A stretch of DNA of 64,000 nucleotides from positions 89,772,800-89,836,799 of the forward strand of contig NC_068982.1 in assembly GCF_001194135.2 (NCBI RefSeq), given 5' to 3'. Of this stretch, positions 52,031-64,000 are shown piece after piece. The notes under the pieces were generated by a model that saw nothing but the letters and a program-made list of their open reading frames with translations, was not told the origin of the DNA and ran no database searches. Numbering within the stretch: the stretch's first letter is position 1; each line of letters begins with the position of its first letter. Position numbers and translations under genes: made by a program. This DNA comes from Octopus bimaculoides (lineage: Eukaryota).

Positions 52031-54118
52031 TAATGTGAAGATGATGTCTACGAATTTCGTTGATGATAAAATGAAGAATTAACGATTAAAAATAATAGAA
52101 TTAACAAATTGTAGATATGTACCTCACAGGAAGCACTCGAATTCTATCCAGCTTAAATTTCATAAGACTCACCAAAAATCAATCCAGAAAGTGATCTTTA
52201 GACGTAGCTGGCTTGACTGTCATTGTAAGACAATGGCAGGAAACTTATTCGTGTTAATAAAGCAAGCTGTATGCATTAAATTTATTTCAAAGAGGAAGGC
52301 AAACATTCACAAAACTAAAGGCAAAATAAAAAGATCTCAGAGCTTTTCAATTGTTAAATCACAGAGATAAAGTCTGGGAGTCTTTTTTGGCTTGTTGAGT
52401 CTACAAGAAAGAGCCTTGCCCATGACTTTTACAAGACCCTCAAGACTGATGAGTTTGATGCCATTAATGTTCCACTTAAATAATTGTAGCTCAATACCTA
52501 CGGCAAAGACATAAAGAGGGAGAAAATTTCTGAGGACTGATTTTATGGGGAGAAAAGACTGAGCATAATTTTTAGGTACCCCCATGGTGCAATACGTCAG
52601 ATCTGAATTAAGATGCTCAGTATGTCAGTTGCTTCTATTACACTAAAATAACCGCAACGCTATTAAAAAAATATCATCTCAAATGTCAAACACACAACTA
52701 CATTTATGTATTAACAGTGAAGTGTGTAGTTACATTTTATAAGAGTAGATATCATATATCTTCGCTAAACGTTTGCACAAATAAAAATACACTAAAATAT
52801 ATATTGATCACCATATAAAAAATTTTTACTAAAAACATTTTTACTGTCAAATGATTAGAAAAATAGATATACAAGTTCATAGGCAGTTATAAAAAACAAA
52901 TACATATATATATACATATGCATAATATATCATAAATGTAGACTATTGGTTGGCACTCCGTCGGTTACGACGAGGGTTCCAGTTGATCCGATCAACAGAA
53001 CAGCCTGCTCGTGAAATTAACGTGCAAGTGGCTGAGCACTCCACAGACACATGTACCCTTAGCATAGTTCTCGGGGAGATTCAGCGTGACAAAGAGTGTG
53101 ACAAGGCTGGCCTTTTGAAATACAGGTACAACAGAAACGGGAAGAAAGAGTGAGAGAAAGTTGTGGTGAAAGAGTACAGCAGGGTTCGCCACCATCCCCT
53201 GCCGGAGCCTTGTAGAACTTTAGGTGCTTTCGCNNNNNNNNNNNNNNNNNNNNNNNNNNNNNNNNNNNNNNNNNNNNNNNNNNNNNNNNNNNNNNNNNNN
53301 NNNNNNNNNNNNNNNNNNNNNNNNNNNNNNNNNNNNNNNNNNNNNNNNNNNNNNNNNNNNNNNNNNNNNNNNNNNNNNNNNNNNNNNNNNNNNNNNNNNN
53401 NNNNNNNNNNNNNNNNNNNNNNNNNNNNNNNNNNNNNNNNNNNNNNNNNNNNNNNNNNNNNNNNNNNNNNNNNNNNNNNNNNNNNNNNNNNNNNNNNNNN
53501 NNNNNNNNNNNNNNNNNNNNNNNNNNNNNNNNNNNNNNNNNNNNNNNNNNNNNNNNNNNNNNNNNNNNNNNNNNNNNNNNNNNNNNNNNNNNNNNNNNNN
53601 NNNACTTAAGTCATTAGACCATGGCCGTGCTGGGACACCACTTTAAAGGGGGTCAAATGAGTCGACCCCCAGTACGTTTTTTATGCCTGATAGTTATTCT
53701 ATTGGTCTCTTTTGCTGAACCTCTAGCATACAGGGATGTAAACACACTAACACCGCTTGTCAAACGGTGGCGGTGGACTGGTACTGGCACAAAGACGCAC
53801 ACAAACACACATATACACGACAGGCTTCTTTCAGTTTCCGTCTACCAAATTCACTCACAAGGCTTTGGCCGACCCGAGGCTATAGTAGAAGACACTTGCA
53901 TAAGGTGCCGGGCAGTGAGACTGAACCATGTGATTGGGAAGCAAGCTTTTTGCTACATATCACAGAGGCCGCGAGGTATTTAGTTTGAGAATCCAATCGT
54001 CACCGGTATTTTATTTATTTACTTCGAAAAGATGAAAGCAAAGCTGACTGCAGCGGATTTGAACTCAGTGTGCTGCCTGTTAGAACAGATACACTTAGAC
54101 ATTCTGTAATGCTCTAAC

Positions 54119-56068
54119 AATTCCTACATTTCCATCATGCACACACTATTTACTACTTAACTTGTTTCTCAGTAATTCCCAACATATCCCACATACCAGT
54201 CAAATCTCGTATCGTGTTTTGTGTGTTTTTTGTGCTTTGTGTGTTTTTTGAAGGTTGTTTTGTGCTACTTTGGTTGTGCTTCTCTCTGTTTTAGGGAGAG
54301 ATGGCTATGGCAATGAAAGGAATGTTCTATTCAGACCTTCGTGGTTCCGAATTATCTTCTTCGGAGGAGGAGCTTATAATGACAGTGGACAGAAAGGATA
54401 AGCATTTGGGAAGAAAAAGCTTTGCTGAAGTGGCGGACGGAAAAAAAAGGAAAGTGAGCTTAACAAATATAGAAAAGTATGGAAGAATGGCTCACAGAGT
54501 AGTGGGTGACGTTAAGTTGTCACCACCACAAATGATATTGGAAGAAATAGACATAAAAAGAAAACAGTCTACAAGGTATATTCTAGGAAAGAAGAGAAAA
54601 TAGTACATGTGGAGGCTGAAGAAATAGAAAGGGCATTATGCACAATATGGCAAGATATAACATACCTGGCGAGAGGCAACAAATATGGAACTATTGTGGT
54701 CCATTCTAAGACAGAAATAAAAGCGAAGGAACATCCCAAAACTACAGTGAAATCGGAAAAGTAGTCTTACTACCCACTTATCTTGGAAGAACTTCCAAGA
54801 TTAGGGTACAAGGAATCCCTCCGGACAGAGATGTGGCTTGGATTGCGGCGGCTGTTCTTCTAGGAAGTAAGGAAGAAACAACTGTCCTCCAAGCCACAGA
54901 AACAGTAAATTCGATTTGGAAAGGCAAAACAATGGACCTCATTAGACAGGCTACAGTGGAAACATTGGAAAGTTTGGTGGAAGCTGTAATAATTGGAGAA
55001 ATGATTTTGAGAGTGTAGGTAGAGGGTAGAATCCCTCGTTGTTTTAATTGTGGCCAAAAAAGCCACAGTAGAGCACACTGCCCTCTACAGAAGCAAGAAG
55101 GTCGGTCAGGAGGAAGATGTAAAGGAGTCGAAGAAGGAGTAGGTACAAGAGGAAGAAAATTAAAATGAAGAGTGGATAGTAGCAGAAGGAAGAAAAAGGA
55201 AGCAGAAGAAAGGACAGTGGAAAGTGGAACCCCAAACCATACTCATTCCCTCTCAGATCCACCCACTCCACAGACACCAAACCCACCCATCCCCCTCCTA
55301 CACAGAGCAAAAGGAAAAAAGAAAAACAGACATACCAGAATGCACAAAATTCCCCTCCCAGTGATAATTGTTACGTATGTATGATGACGACGAATATAGA
55401 CGAGGAATTGCTTCACAAGATAACAAAGTGGAAAACTGCTAAATCTGTTAACGTAGAAGGTTGTACAAGCATAATAGGATGACACTCGTGTGTGATGGTG
55501 ACAGAAAGTCAAAAGGAAGAAATAGTGAAATTAAGAAAGGACGGAAGTGTTGGAAGGTAAGTGCTGATCTGAAAACGATACCGGACAATGTGAGATACGA
55601 GGTGCTAATGGAGGAATATAGCATAACTATTTTGAAAGACTTGTAGTACAAAAGACAAAAGGAAGTAAGTGATACTGCTTGAGGTGGCGCAAGCAGTACC
55701 TTTACATCATTCATTTTCTTATTATCATTCATGTTATCATATCCACAACAAAATGCACCCAAAACGACATAGACTACACAGTCACATAAAAAGTAACACT
55801 TTATCTTCTCACACATGTGAAATTCCTGCATTTCCATCATGCACACACTATTTACTGCTTAACTTGTTTCTCAGTAATTTCCAACATATCCCACACACCT
55901 GTCAAATCTCGTATCGTGTTTTGTGTGTTTTTTTTAAGGTCGTTTTGTGTTGTCCTTTCTTCCGCTTCCTTTTTCTTCCTTCTGCTACTGTCCACTCTTC
56001 ATTTTACTTTTCTTCCTCTTGTACCTCCTCCTTCTCTGACTCCTTTCCATCTTCCTCCTGACCGACCT
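54119..56068 (+). mobile_element. Unclassified retroelement: degenerate ORF1/Gag-like gene with one CCHC zinc knuckle, no ORF2, bounded by repeats
   Basis: Broken frame from 54301. VEGRIPRCFNCGQKSHSRAHCP at about 55017-55083 is C-X2-C-X4-H-X4-C. Direct repeats at 54119-54264 and 55821-55949; inverted copy of 55099-55216 at 55951-56068. Confidence 0.7.
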
Positions 56069-59000
56069 CCTGTGCGTAAGCACTATCGGTAACTTATATA
56101 CACTCTTCATATCCCTTACACTTCCCCTAAAATACACCAATCAACAAACACTGGCATTTACACAGCTGGTATGCACAAACACGTGTACACAAATGCACAC
56201 ATGTCCCAAGAGTATATTTATGCATACATCCATAAATGATAGGCTCCAATCACTGGGTTCAGAATATATACACAACAATGAACACACATATGCGTATACA
56301 TCACATACACAAAGTTCGTACCTTCACACCCTTTCGTACTAACTCATATATAAAGGGTTCATAATACACACACGAACACTGAAAGAAGCACGCACAACTA
56401 TGCCTCAAAGCACAGAGACACACAAATGCATACATAAACTCTTTTGAAACCGACTCTCTCCTGTCTTACCTCCGGTCATTCGACCTTCGCTATTTTCCTC
56501 CACTACTCCTGTTTCTCCTTCCCTAGTTCTGTACATTTCCCTTCTGACTGCTTAACTTTCCGAAGAACTAATGAACGTCAAAGACACTTCTACTTTCTAA
56601 CCTCTCATTGAATGTCAAACTAATAATTTTATTATCACTTTGTTTTCGCATTGTTATTCCTTAATTTTGAACACACACACACACACACACATTAAATCAA
56701 TCAATTACAGTTCAATGTTATTTCAGTTTTAGCCCCTTAGGATTGATCATATACGTATTAGTCATGTACTACGATCTATACAATCGACATTTACTCCCCA
56801 CTAAATTTGAGATCCTACACAATTGTAAATAATCACTCAATACATACATACATACATACATAAATATACATACACGTACTCATATAGATATGTATATGTG
56901 TGAGCATGATTGTTCTTTTATTTCCTTTCAAGTATAAGAATATGAAATAATCCTAAGGGAAATTGATTATATTTCAACATCTCACTAGTTGCCATTCCTG
57001 TGAGAGTGTAAAATTCATTACAGTTAGATATATATTTATTTGTTCGTTTTTCTTTTTATTGGAAAATATTTAAAAATTACCTAAATAGCGACGTGAACGT
57101 TAGATTCTCTTAACGATATATTTCATTTTCTACTAGTTTTAACTTGAAGGGAAATGTATCATCTTAAAGCAACGTATGGATTTTTAAGATTTAGTGTGAC
57201 TTTTACTTAAAACTTCCAGATTTATAAAAGAGAAAAATTAAAATGTATGGCGTTTATATATTTTTTATAGACACTAATTTCCTAAGTGAAATGAATTGCC
57301 TCTAGTTGGCAATTGAAAGCGGTTGCAGACTTTATTTTGCCACTTGAGTCTTTTTTATTACATATGAAATTCTTTGAAGGCAAGGAATAAACTATAGATC
57401 GCCGCGATATATTACTAATGACTCTTCAAGGGTTTGGACAATAAATTCAATGTCTAGCAGAATTTGAAGTTAAAATGCACTAAAAACTATTAGTAAATTT
57501 GATCAGAATATACTAAATACTGTATGATATTCGTTCAAGCGTTTTAGAATCACTACCTGTTGCATTCTGCTTTTAATTAAAATTCTGGGTTAGTCTCCTT
57601 TTCTTTTACTAGAACGAATCATTAAGTAATTGAATTTTAAAATTATTGGTGTGGTTTTAATTAATTAAAATGCCACGAAGAAAACACCCAGTGCACTCTG
57701 TAAAGTAGTTGGCGTTAGGAAGGGCACTCAACCGTTGAAGCCATGTCAAAGCAAGCATTGGAGCACATGATATATGGAATTCTCACGTTGCTACTAGGAA
57801 AGGTGTGTAGTCAGTCATAGCTACCCCAGTAGAATGACAAGGGTGGAAAACTGATAGCAAACCAATGTAGTGCGGTACCAAACCAGCTATGGTAAAACGT
57901 TCACCACAATCAATGTTCTGCTCAGTGCTTCATCGTTCGTCACCAAATTTTTTCAATGATTTTGTTCTATAAAAGCATAGTCACTTTCTATACAACGTTA
58001 CTTCAGAAATATGTGTTACAGTAAAGTATGGGGACTAGATAGTTAGGAAATGACTTGGCTATGAGCATGAATCAGTGAGGAGCTAACTCATTTCCTTCTG
58101 ACTATACGGTCTGTTAGTGATAGCAGCTAAATCTTCCTCAGTGAAAATTGTTTTAGCCATTGACACGTATCAGTGATGGGCTAGTTCAGTACTCTGTGGT
58201 CACCCGCCTACTGGAAGCAACAACTAAATCTCCTCCAAATAATACCGCACCACTGTGTCTGCCTTAAATTCAACTATATGAAACAGATGAAAGGAAATAA
58301 CTCAATTGGCCCAATGATGTACTGAATGATGTATACAAACACCCTTTCAAGGAACTAAAATTCGTCTCTTATTTTGGGAAACAAAATAAAAGCATGATAC
58401 TATCTATCAAAACGGCCAATTAATTCAAGAAATGAAAATTTTATTCCACCAAAAATTAAATTTTTTTGCCCAGTAGGGAAAAATGATATTTGCTAGTATG
58501 CCAAGGGAAAACTACAGACAGGTTTTGGGCGTTAGGAATAATCAGTTGAGCATAGTCTAGCGAAACCTATTTCAGTAAGCTGACGTTACCATAATGACAG
58601 AAAGTTTGCTAAGAGAAATAAAATGGGCCAACGAGTAGGTGTACACTAAAAATTAGTTATGAATTGAAAACTGTTTTTTTATTTGGAAGAACTAACAGAA
58701 ACTAAAAGTGAACCAAAGAAAAGGCAAATAATTTTAAGAATTATTTTTTTAAAATTGTTTCAGAGAAAATTGAAGGTTCATGCTGAGAGTAAAAATCTGA
58801 TTTTTGTTAATGACAGGAACAGTTATGCTTCAATATTACGTCTCATCATTACAGAACTGTACAATCACTGCAGCCTTTGCCATTCGGCAAAAAAGTTTCA
58901 ACTTTGACAAATGACTGTTTAAACTTCAGTGAAGTGAATTGAAAATATCACAAAGTGTCATGGTCTAACAGGAGAGCGCTTTCGCAGTTTATCGACCTAC

Positions 59001-61969
59001 CAGAAATAACCAAACTTATCTCAAATGATACGCAGCAGTATGAAACTTAACTGAAGAAATAATTGCATGCAGTAATTATCTGTGGTCATATTGGTGACTT
59101 TGACGAAAAAATTGCTTGTGAAGAATAGTTTAGAAATTTGATAAATTGCATGACAAAGTGAACGTTTGATATAAGAATATAGAATTTATAATGGACAATT
59201 GAATCTATAAGAAAACAACTGCTAACAATTAGATTTCCAATAAAAAAATTTATTTTCTATCAGCAATAAAAGTCAGCTGCATACTAATTTTGGCAACGCA
59301 AATTCTGAATATTAATTTGATACAAGTGTTATAGTGTTTATTTCTGTTTAGTCTCATAAAACATATTAATATCCTACTTATAAACTATTAAAGCTTCATG
59401 TGCGACTGCAGTTATTTCATTTTGTCACTGATATATTTACAACATTTTACATGTATTTTCTATTTATTTTACCTGTCATGCCTCAACGATGGTTCTTTAA
59501 CACTCTTACTAATTTCCTGCTGTTATAATTTAAGCTATACACAGACAAAACAAAACTACTTCCAATCTACTATACTCTTGCCTCATCGCTATTTACACAT
59601 TGGCACAGTGTAATAGCTTTTATTAATGAAACTCAACAAAATGACGGGTCCTATTGATGTCCCTTCAGTTACTATCACCACGCCATAGTTGTTCTACCAT
59701 CATTAAATTCATCAACCCTTCTGTCAGTGAACCCTACTATCCCTGAAACAAACATCTCTGAACCTGCCATCAACCAAGCCATCCAACTTCTAAGATAAGC
59801 TTAAAAAAACGAATGATGCTTACACTTTTCTCCTACGTCACGCATCAATGAACTTTCATATCTGGAAATTACAGCTAAAGCAAAGATTTTTAGCATTTTA
59901 AAAAGCAAATCCGTCGCCCGTGTCTGGTTTATAACCTCCCGATTCAGTTATTGCTTGATGATGTACTCCACCTTTCTTCAATTTCTCGATCGAAAAGTTT
60001 ATGTTGAACAAATACTCCATTATATCGTACGCCGAAAAACGTTTCCCAGTGTAACAGCTATCAACTTCGCTGCCTGAAAGATAAGTGTTTTCTTCTGCAT
60101 TTATATCATGTACACGTTGATATTTCTGCTCTTACACATCCCTATTTACACATTCTAACGATAGCGTTGGCCACATGGCATCTCATGTGGAATTTGCTAC
60201 CCTAAATGGTAATATGACAACCTAATACCCTTCAGCAGCATTAAAACAAAAATACTACACATATCTAAAGAGATTTTTGTACTACGCCATATCTACAACC
60301 ATCTAAAACTGTTTGGAATTCACTGCCAGTAAACAAACATATTTACAAAAATTAAAGCTGAACATTAACTGCATCGATTTTCTGCTGTCGGAATGTCAGT
60401 ACCAATCATAATCATCCCCGCTACCCCTTCCGACTAAATGGTAGTAAAAGCATATTAAATATCAGAAATGTGGATAAAGTTACTTGCGGTGTGTTGTGCA
60501 TTCAAAAAGCGCGTTTGTTTTTAAAAATATATAGTGTAGTCGTGTAAGGAACAGTTTGCTGATGTAAACTGTAAAAATATTCACGTAAAAAGAAAATGAG
60601 AAGTGATAAAGATGTAATAATTAGTGGATGATGAAGGACTTGAGGAGTCGACTGCAAAAGATTGCTTGCTAGATCACATTTCGCATAAGTGTTCCAAGCA
60701 CTCTGGTCGTACGCACATGCATATAATGTATGTATGTGTGTGTGACAACGGAACATGTGACACTTTGTTCACGGCTAAAATTAAAAATGGAAAACATAAT
60801 TTTTCATGATTTTCTGGTTAATTTTAAAAAAATTCCTTATCATTTTGTTGCTGATTATTTGATAAAAAAAAAATCTTAGAGTTTGTGTGAAATTCTTTCC
60901 CATTAACATCTTGTACCTCAACAATTTTCAAGATGCATTTTTTTCTGTTTGAGCTACAACGCATAATTTCCAAAGAAAGATAAAAACAAATCTATAAGAA
61001 AACAAGATCATGTCGCCATTTTGCTTGTGAAAGAAAAAAATATCTATTATTGATAAAGAGCAGAAATATATCGTGTTGTTAGCTATTCTGTAATTGAATG
61101 GATAAGAAATATCCAAATGTGTTTAACAAAAACATATGGTTTCTTGTATTTCTTGATAAGTTGTTTGAATCTAATAATAGATAACTTAAAACAAAAATGA
61201 ACGACAATCGTTGTTTAACGTTTGGATGTATTCTCATTGCATGCTGAATAAAATGAGAATATAATGAACATTTAAAAAGTGTTGGTTTTCCTATTTTTCA
61301 GGTGTCTGGTGAAGAAAAATTGGCATGAATAATACACATTAAAAAAAAAAGATGTCAATTTTTTAAAGTTAATTTCAACCAGAATTATTTACTGTATTGT
61401 TCACAATACAGAGGGGATTTGAATTGTTCGATAAATCAGGTTTATCTTTTGGCTTGTACGAATAATTTTCTTAAAATTACTAAAATCAAACTGAAGAAAT
61501 ATTTATTGTATTTTCTAAAATCATAGATATAAAAATAGAAAATAAATATTGATATACTATTTCTAGCTAAAAAGGCTTTATATTTTAGAAGAAAACATGA
61601 AGCATGACTTTCATTATCGAGTTCGTGCTTTCCAAAAAGGTATCGTTGATATAACGAACTGAGATGGTTTCAACATAAAAACAAGAAATAACAGCCAACT
61701 TTCAGCAAAATCACACAACAGTTTTAAGACAATGGAAGAGATATGTGTATAAAGGATAATGTAGTGTGTCTATTCTATTTCTTTAAACTATGTTTTCTAG
61801 CTCCAGAAATACGGGAAGATTAAATCATATTGTACTGCTTTTTAAAAAATTTCTATTCCACTCATATTTTCTTATCGTTAACACCCAACCTTCATTCCAC
61901 GTCTACATTTTACATAAATGTCCTACAAAACATATATGCTAGAAATGGAACCCAAATATCCCTCTATTT

Positions 61970-62325
61970 CAGATGTTCTCAACTTGGGTCCGTATGGCTC
62001 CTGAGGGTCCATATAAAATTTTGGCGAGGTCCACGCAATAAAATAGCAAAGTAGGCATACAAAAAGTATTTTAAGGGCCCGTCAAATAATTTTGCTCTAG
62101 ATGTCTGTACTGGTACGTATTCCAAAAAACATCTAGGTTTTTTTTTTCCTTCTCTAACATTTTGCATAATTTAACCTACACAAATCAATGTGTGAAAAAT
62201 AAGGTAGGAATTTTGAAAGAAGTATATATGAACTTAGTTTTTAACCATCGAATGGTTATGGGGATCCATCAGAATAAAACAGTTGTCAAAGGGGTCCATA
62301 GATAAAAAATGGTTGAAAACCCCTG
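61970..62325. mobile_element. Non-autonomous hAT-Charlie-like MITE with 8-bp target-site duplication
   Basis: Ends CAGATGTTCTCAAC and GTTGAAAACCCCTG with subterminal GGGTCC motifs. Flanks CTCTATTT (61962-61969) and CTCTATAT (62326-62333). Confidence 0.8.
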
Positions 62326-63864
62326 CTCTATATTCTTAAAGATGACCGGGTGGTCATAGTTTGAAAGGTTTTGATTATAAGTCTGCTCATTAAGGGTAAC
62401 ATGGAATTAAACAACAACAATCCCTGATACTTATATAAACACCAAAGATTTGAAGGGTGAAGGTCATCCCAAGTGAAATTTGTATCAGAATGCAAAGGAA
62501 CGAAATGAAAATAAGTTCTGCAAACTATCTGTTCAAGCACTGTAATGTTTCTGTTTCAATGCTGTGCTAACAAAATATTACGATTAAAACGAAACTTAAT
62601 AATAGAGACTTAATTAAAAGGGGACTATTGCCAAATTCTAATTTGGCACAAAGCTAGCAATTTGAAGGGGGCAAGTCGATTATATCGATCCCAATACTTG
62701 AATGGCTCTTATTTCATCGAACCCGAAAGGATGGAAGGCAAAGTTGAGTTTGATGAGCTTTGAACGTAGAACTTAAAAATCCAGAAGAAATGCCGCTAAA
62801 CATTTTGTCCGACGCGCTTACGAATGTCTCAGCTCGCCACCTTAGGGACTACTTCTAAATATTTTGTTTTTACTATTTGTATCACTTACATGCGTATACA
62901 TTCTCGTATATACATGTCATACCATCCCAATTAGCTAAAGTTTGGTGCTTAGCCAGGACATTGTTTTAAAGGGAAAAGGTACAAGGCGACCAATGACCGA
63001 GTGAATAAGTTATATATTTTAGTATGCCGTAGCTTCTATTTTTTTTTTATCGTGCATGAATTATGTGTTCCTTACGATTATAATCTGTTAGCAACCTTAC
63101 TCCTCGTTTAATAAGAGTTAATTATAACCGTGAAAAGAAAACAATCGTGTAAATACTTTTGTTCTGCAGTTTTAGAAATAAATACAATTACAGAGCACCA
63201 GTATTATTTATAAAACTGGAAACATGAAAGGACATGTGAAATTTTGCAGTCTATCTCTTCTACGATGAAGTATTCTGTGAATTCCATAAGGTCAAGTTAC
63301 TAGAAGTACTGGAGATAAATATATTTCATTAATATTGACCTTTAACAAGTGGAATAACTATTAACCTTTTAAACACTTTTGTTTTTTTGGTTTTTAAAAG
63401 ATACCTTTGATTGAATCAAGATTCTATTATACAGTTTCAAAGTTTGAATTGGGACCTTTGCAAAAGAACCCAACTTTTCTTTTGTCATAGTGTTCAAATC
63501 TTTATGGTTTTGTTAGGTATGAAGCTAACATTCTGAAACGTGTACCACAGTCGTCATCGATATGTTGCTGTTGTTGTTTATCAAACTAACCAAGCAGATC
63601 TACGATCAAAGCATTCGAACAATAACTATTTTGCCTTCCTTTTCTTGATGCGTGTATCTAAGACTATATTATTCAATGTGACTAAGAAAAATGACTAGCG
63701 CTTAGAACAGTAGATATCACATCAGCTGTGATTTAATACAAACTCAAAAGTTTTAATTAAGCTGCTGTCTCATATTAGACTCGACTGTTATGATTTCTTG
63801 ATTCTTGATTTATTGGCAAGTGGTAAACATTTATTGAATAGAATTCAATAATTCAACCTTTTAA

Positions 63865-64000
63865 TGTGGCGAGCTGGCAGAAACGTTAGCACGCTGGGCG
63901 AAATACTTAGCGGTATTTCATCTGCCACTACATCCTGAGTTCAAATTCCGCTGAGGTTGATTTTGCCTTTCATCCTTTCAGGGTCGATTAAATAAATACC
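63865..64000 (+). mobile_element. SINE family B, running off the right edge; other copies at about 8178-8352, 21836-22042 and 26065-26190 (+), and 11560-11790, 11795-12025, 12940-13075, 42770-42960, 49430-50030 (three in tandem), 54000-54118 and 62620-62845 (-)
   Basis: Shared head (gagctggcagaaacgttagcacg..gggcgaaat.cttagcggtattt) and core (gagttcaaattcc..gaggt.gactttgcctttcatccttt.ggggtcgat). Confidence 0.8.

Noticed and set aside
52337-52585. 82-aa minus-strand ORF with a good polypyrimidine acceptor near 52500
   Set aside because: No in-frame donor before the stop and no similarity to FERM or PLC sequence. It could be a UTR exon but cannot be supported.
59560-60330. C-rich stretch with faint LINE RT-like words
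   Set aside because: Too decayed to assign by eye; needs a profile search.

Overview
AT-rich, repeat-dense animal genomic DNA with nine N-gaps. The SINE families, RTE tails and (TA)n/(TG)n/(GAT)n microsatellites point to an octopus draft scaffold (inference). Only two host-gene exons are supportable, both on the minus strand: 28182-27897 and 18915-18662. They have canonical AG/GT sites and compatible phases. Spliced, they join a talin-like FERM F3 (PTB-fold) segment to the start of a PLC-epsilon-type CDC25/RasGEF domain. The rest is intron/intergenic sequence filled with decayed mobile elements: RTE, Tx1/L1-like, CR1-group, Dong/R4 and Penelope-like retroelements, mariner, hAT, piggyBac-like and Charlie-like MITEs, and at least three tRNA-derived SINE families. 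Unexplained structures include a zinc-knuckle ORF1-only element with direct plus inverted repeats (54.1-56.1 kb), three fold-back palindromes and a 74-bp locally templated insertion. All family assignments come from motif recognition by eye; no database search was run.
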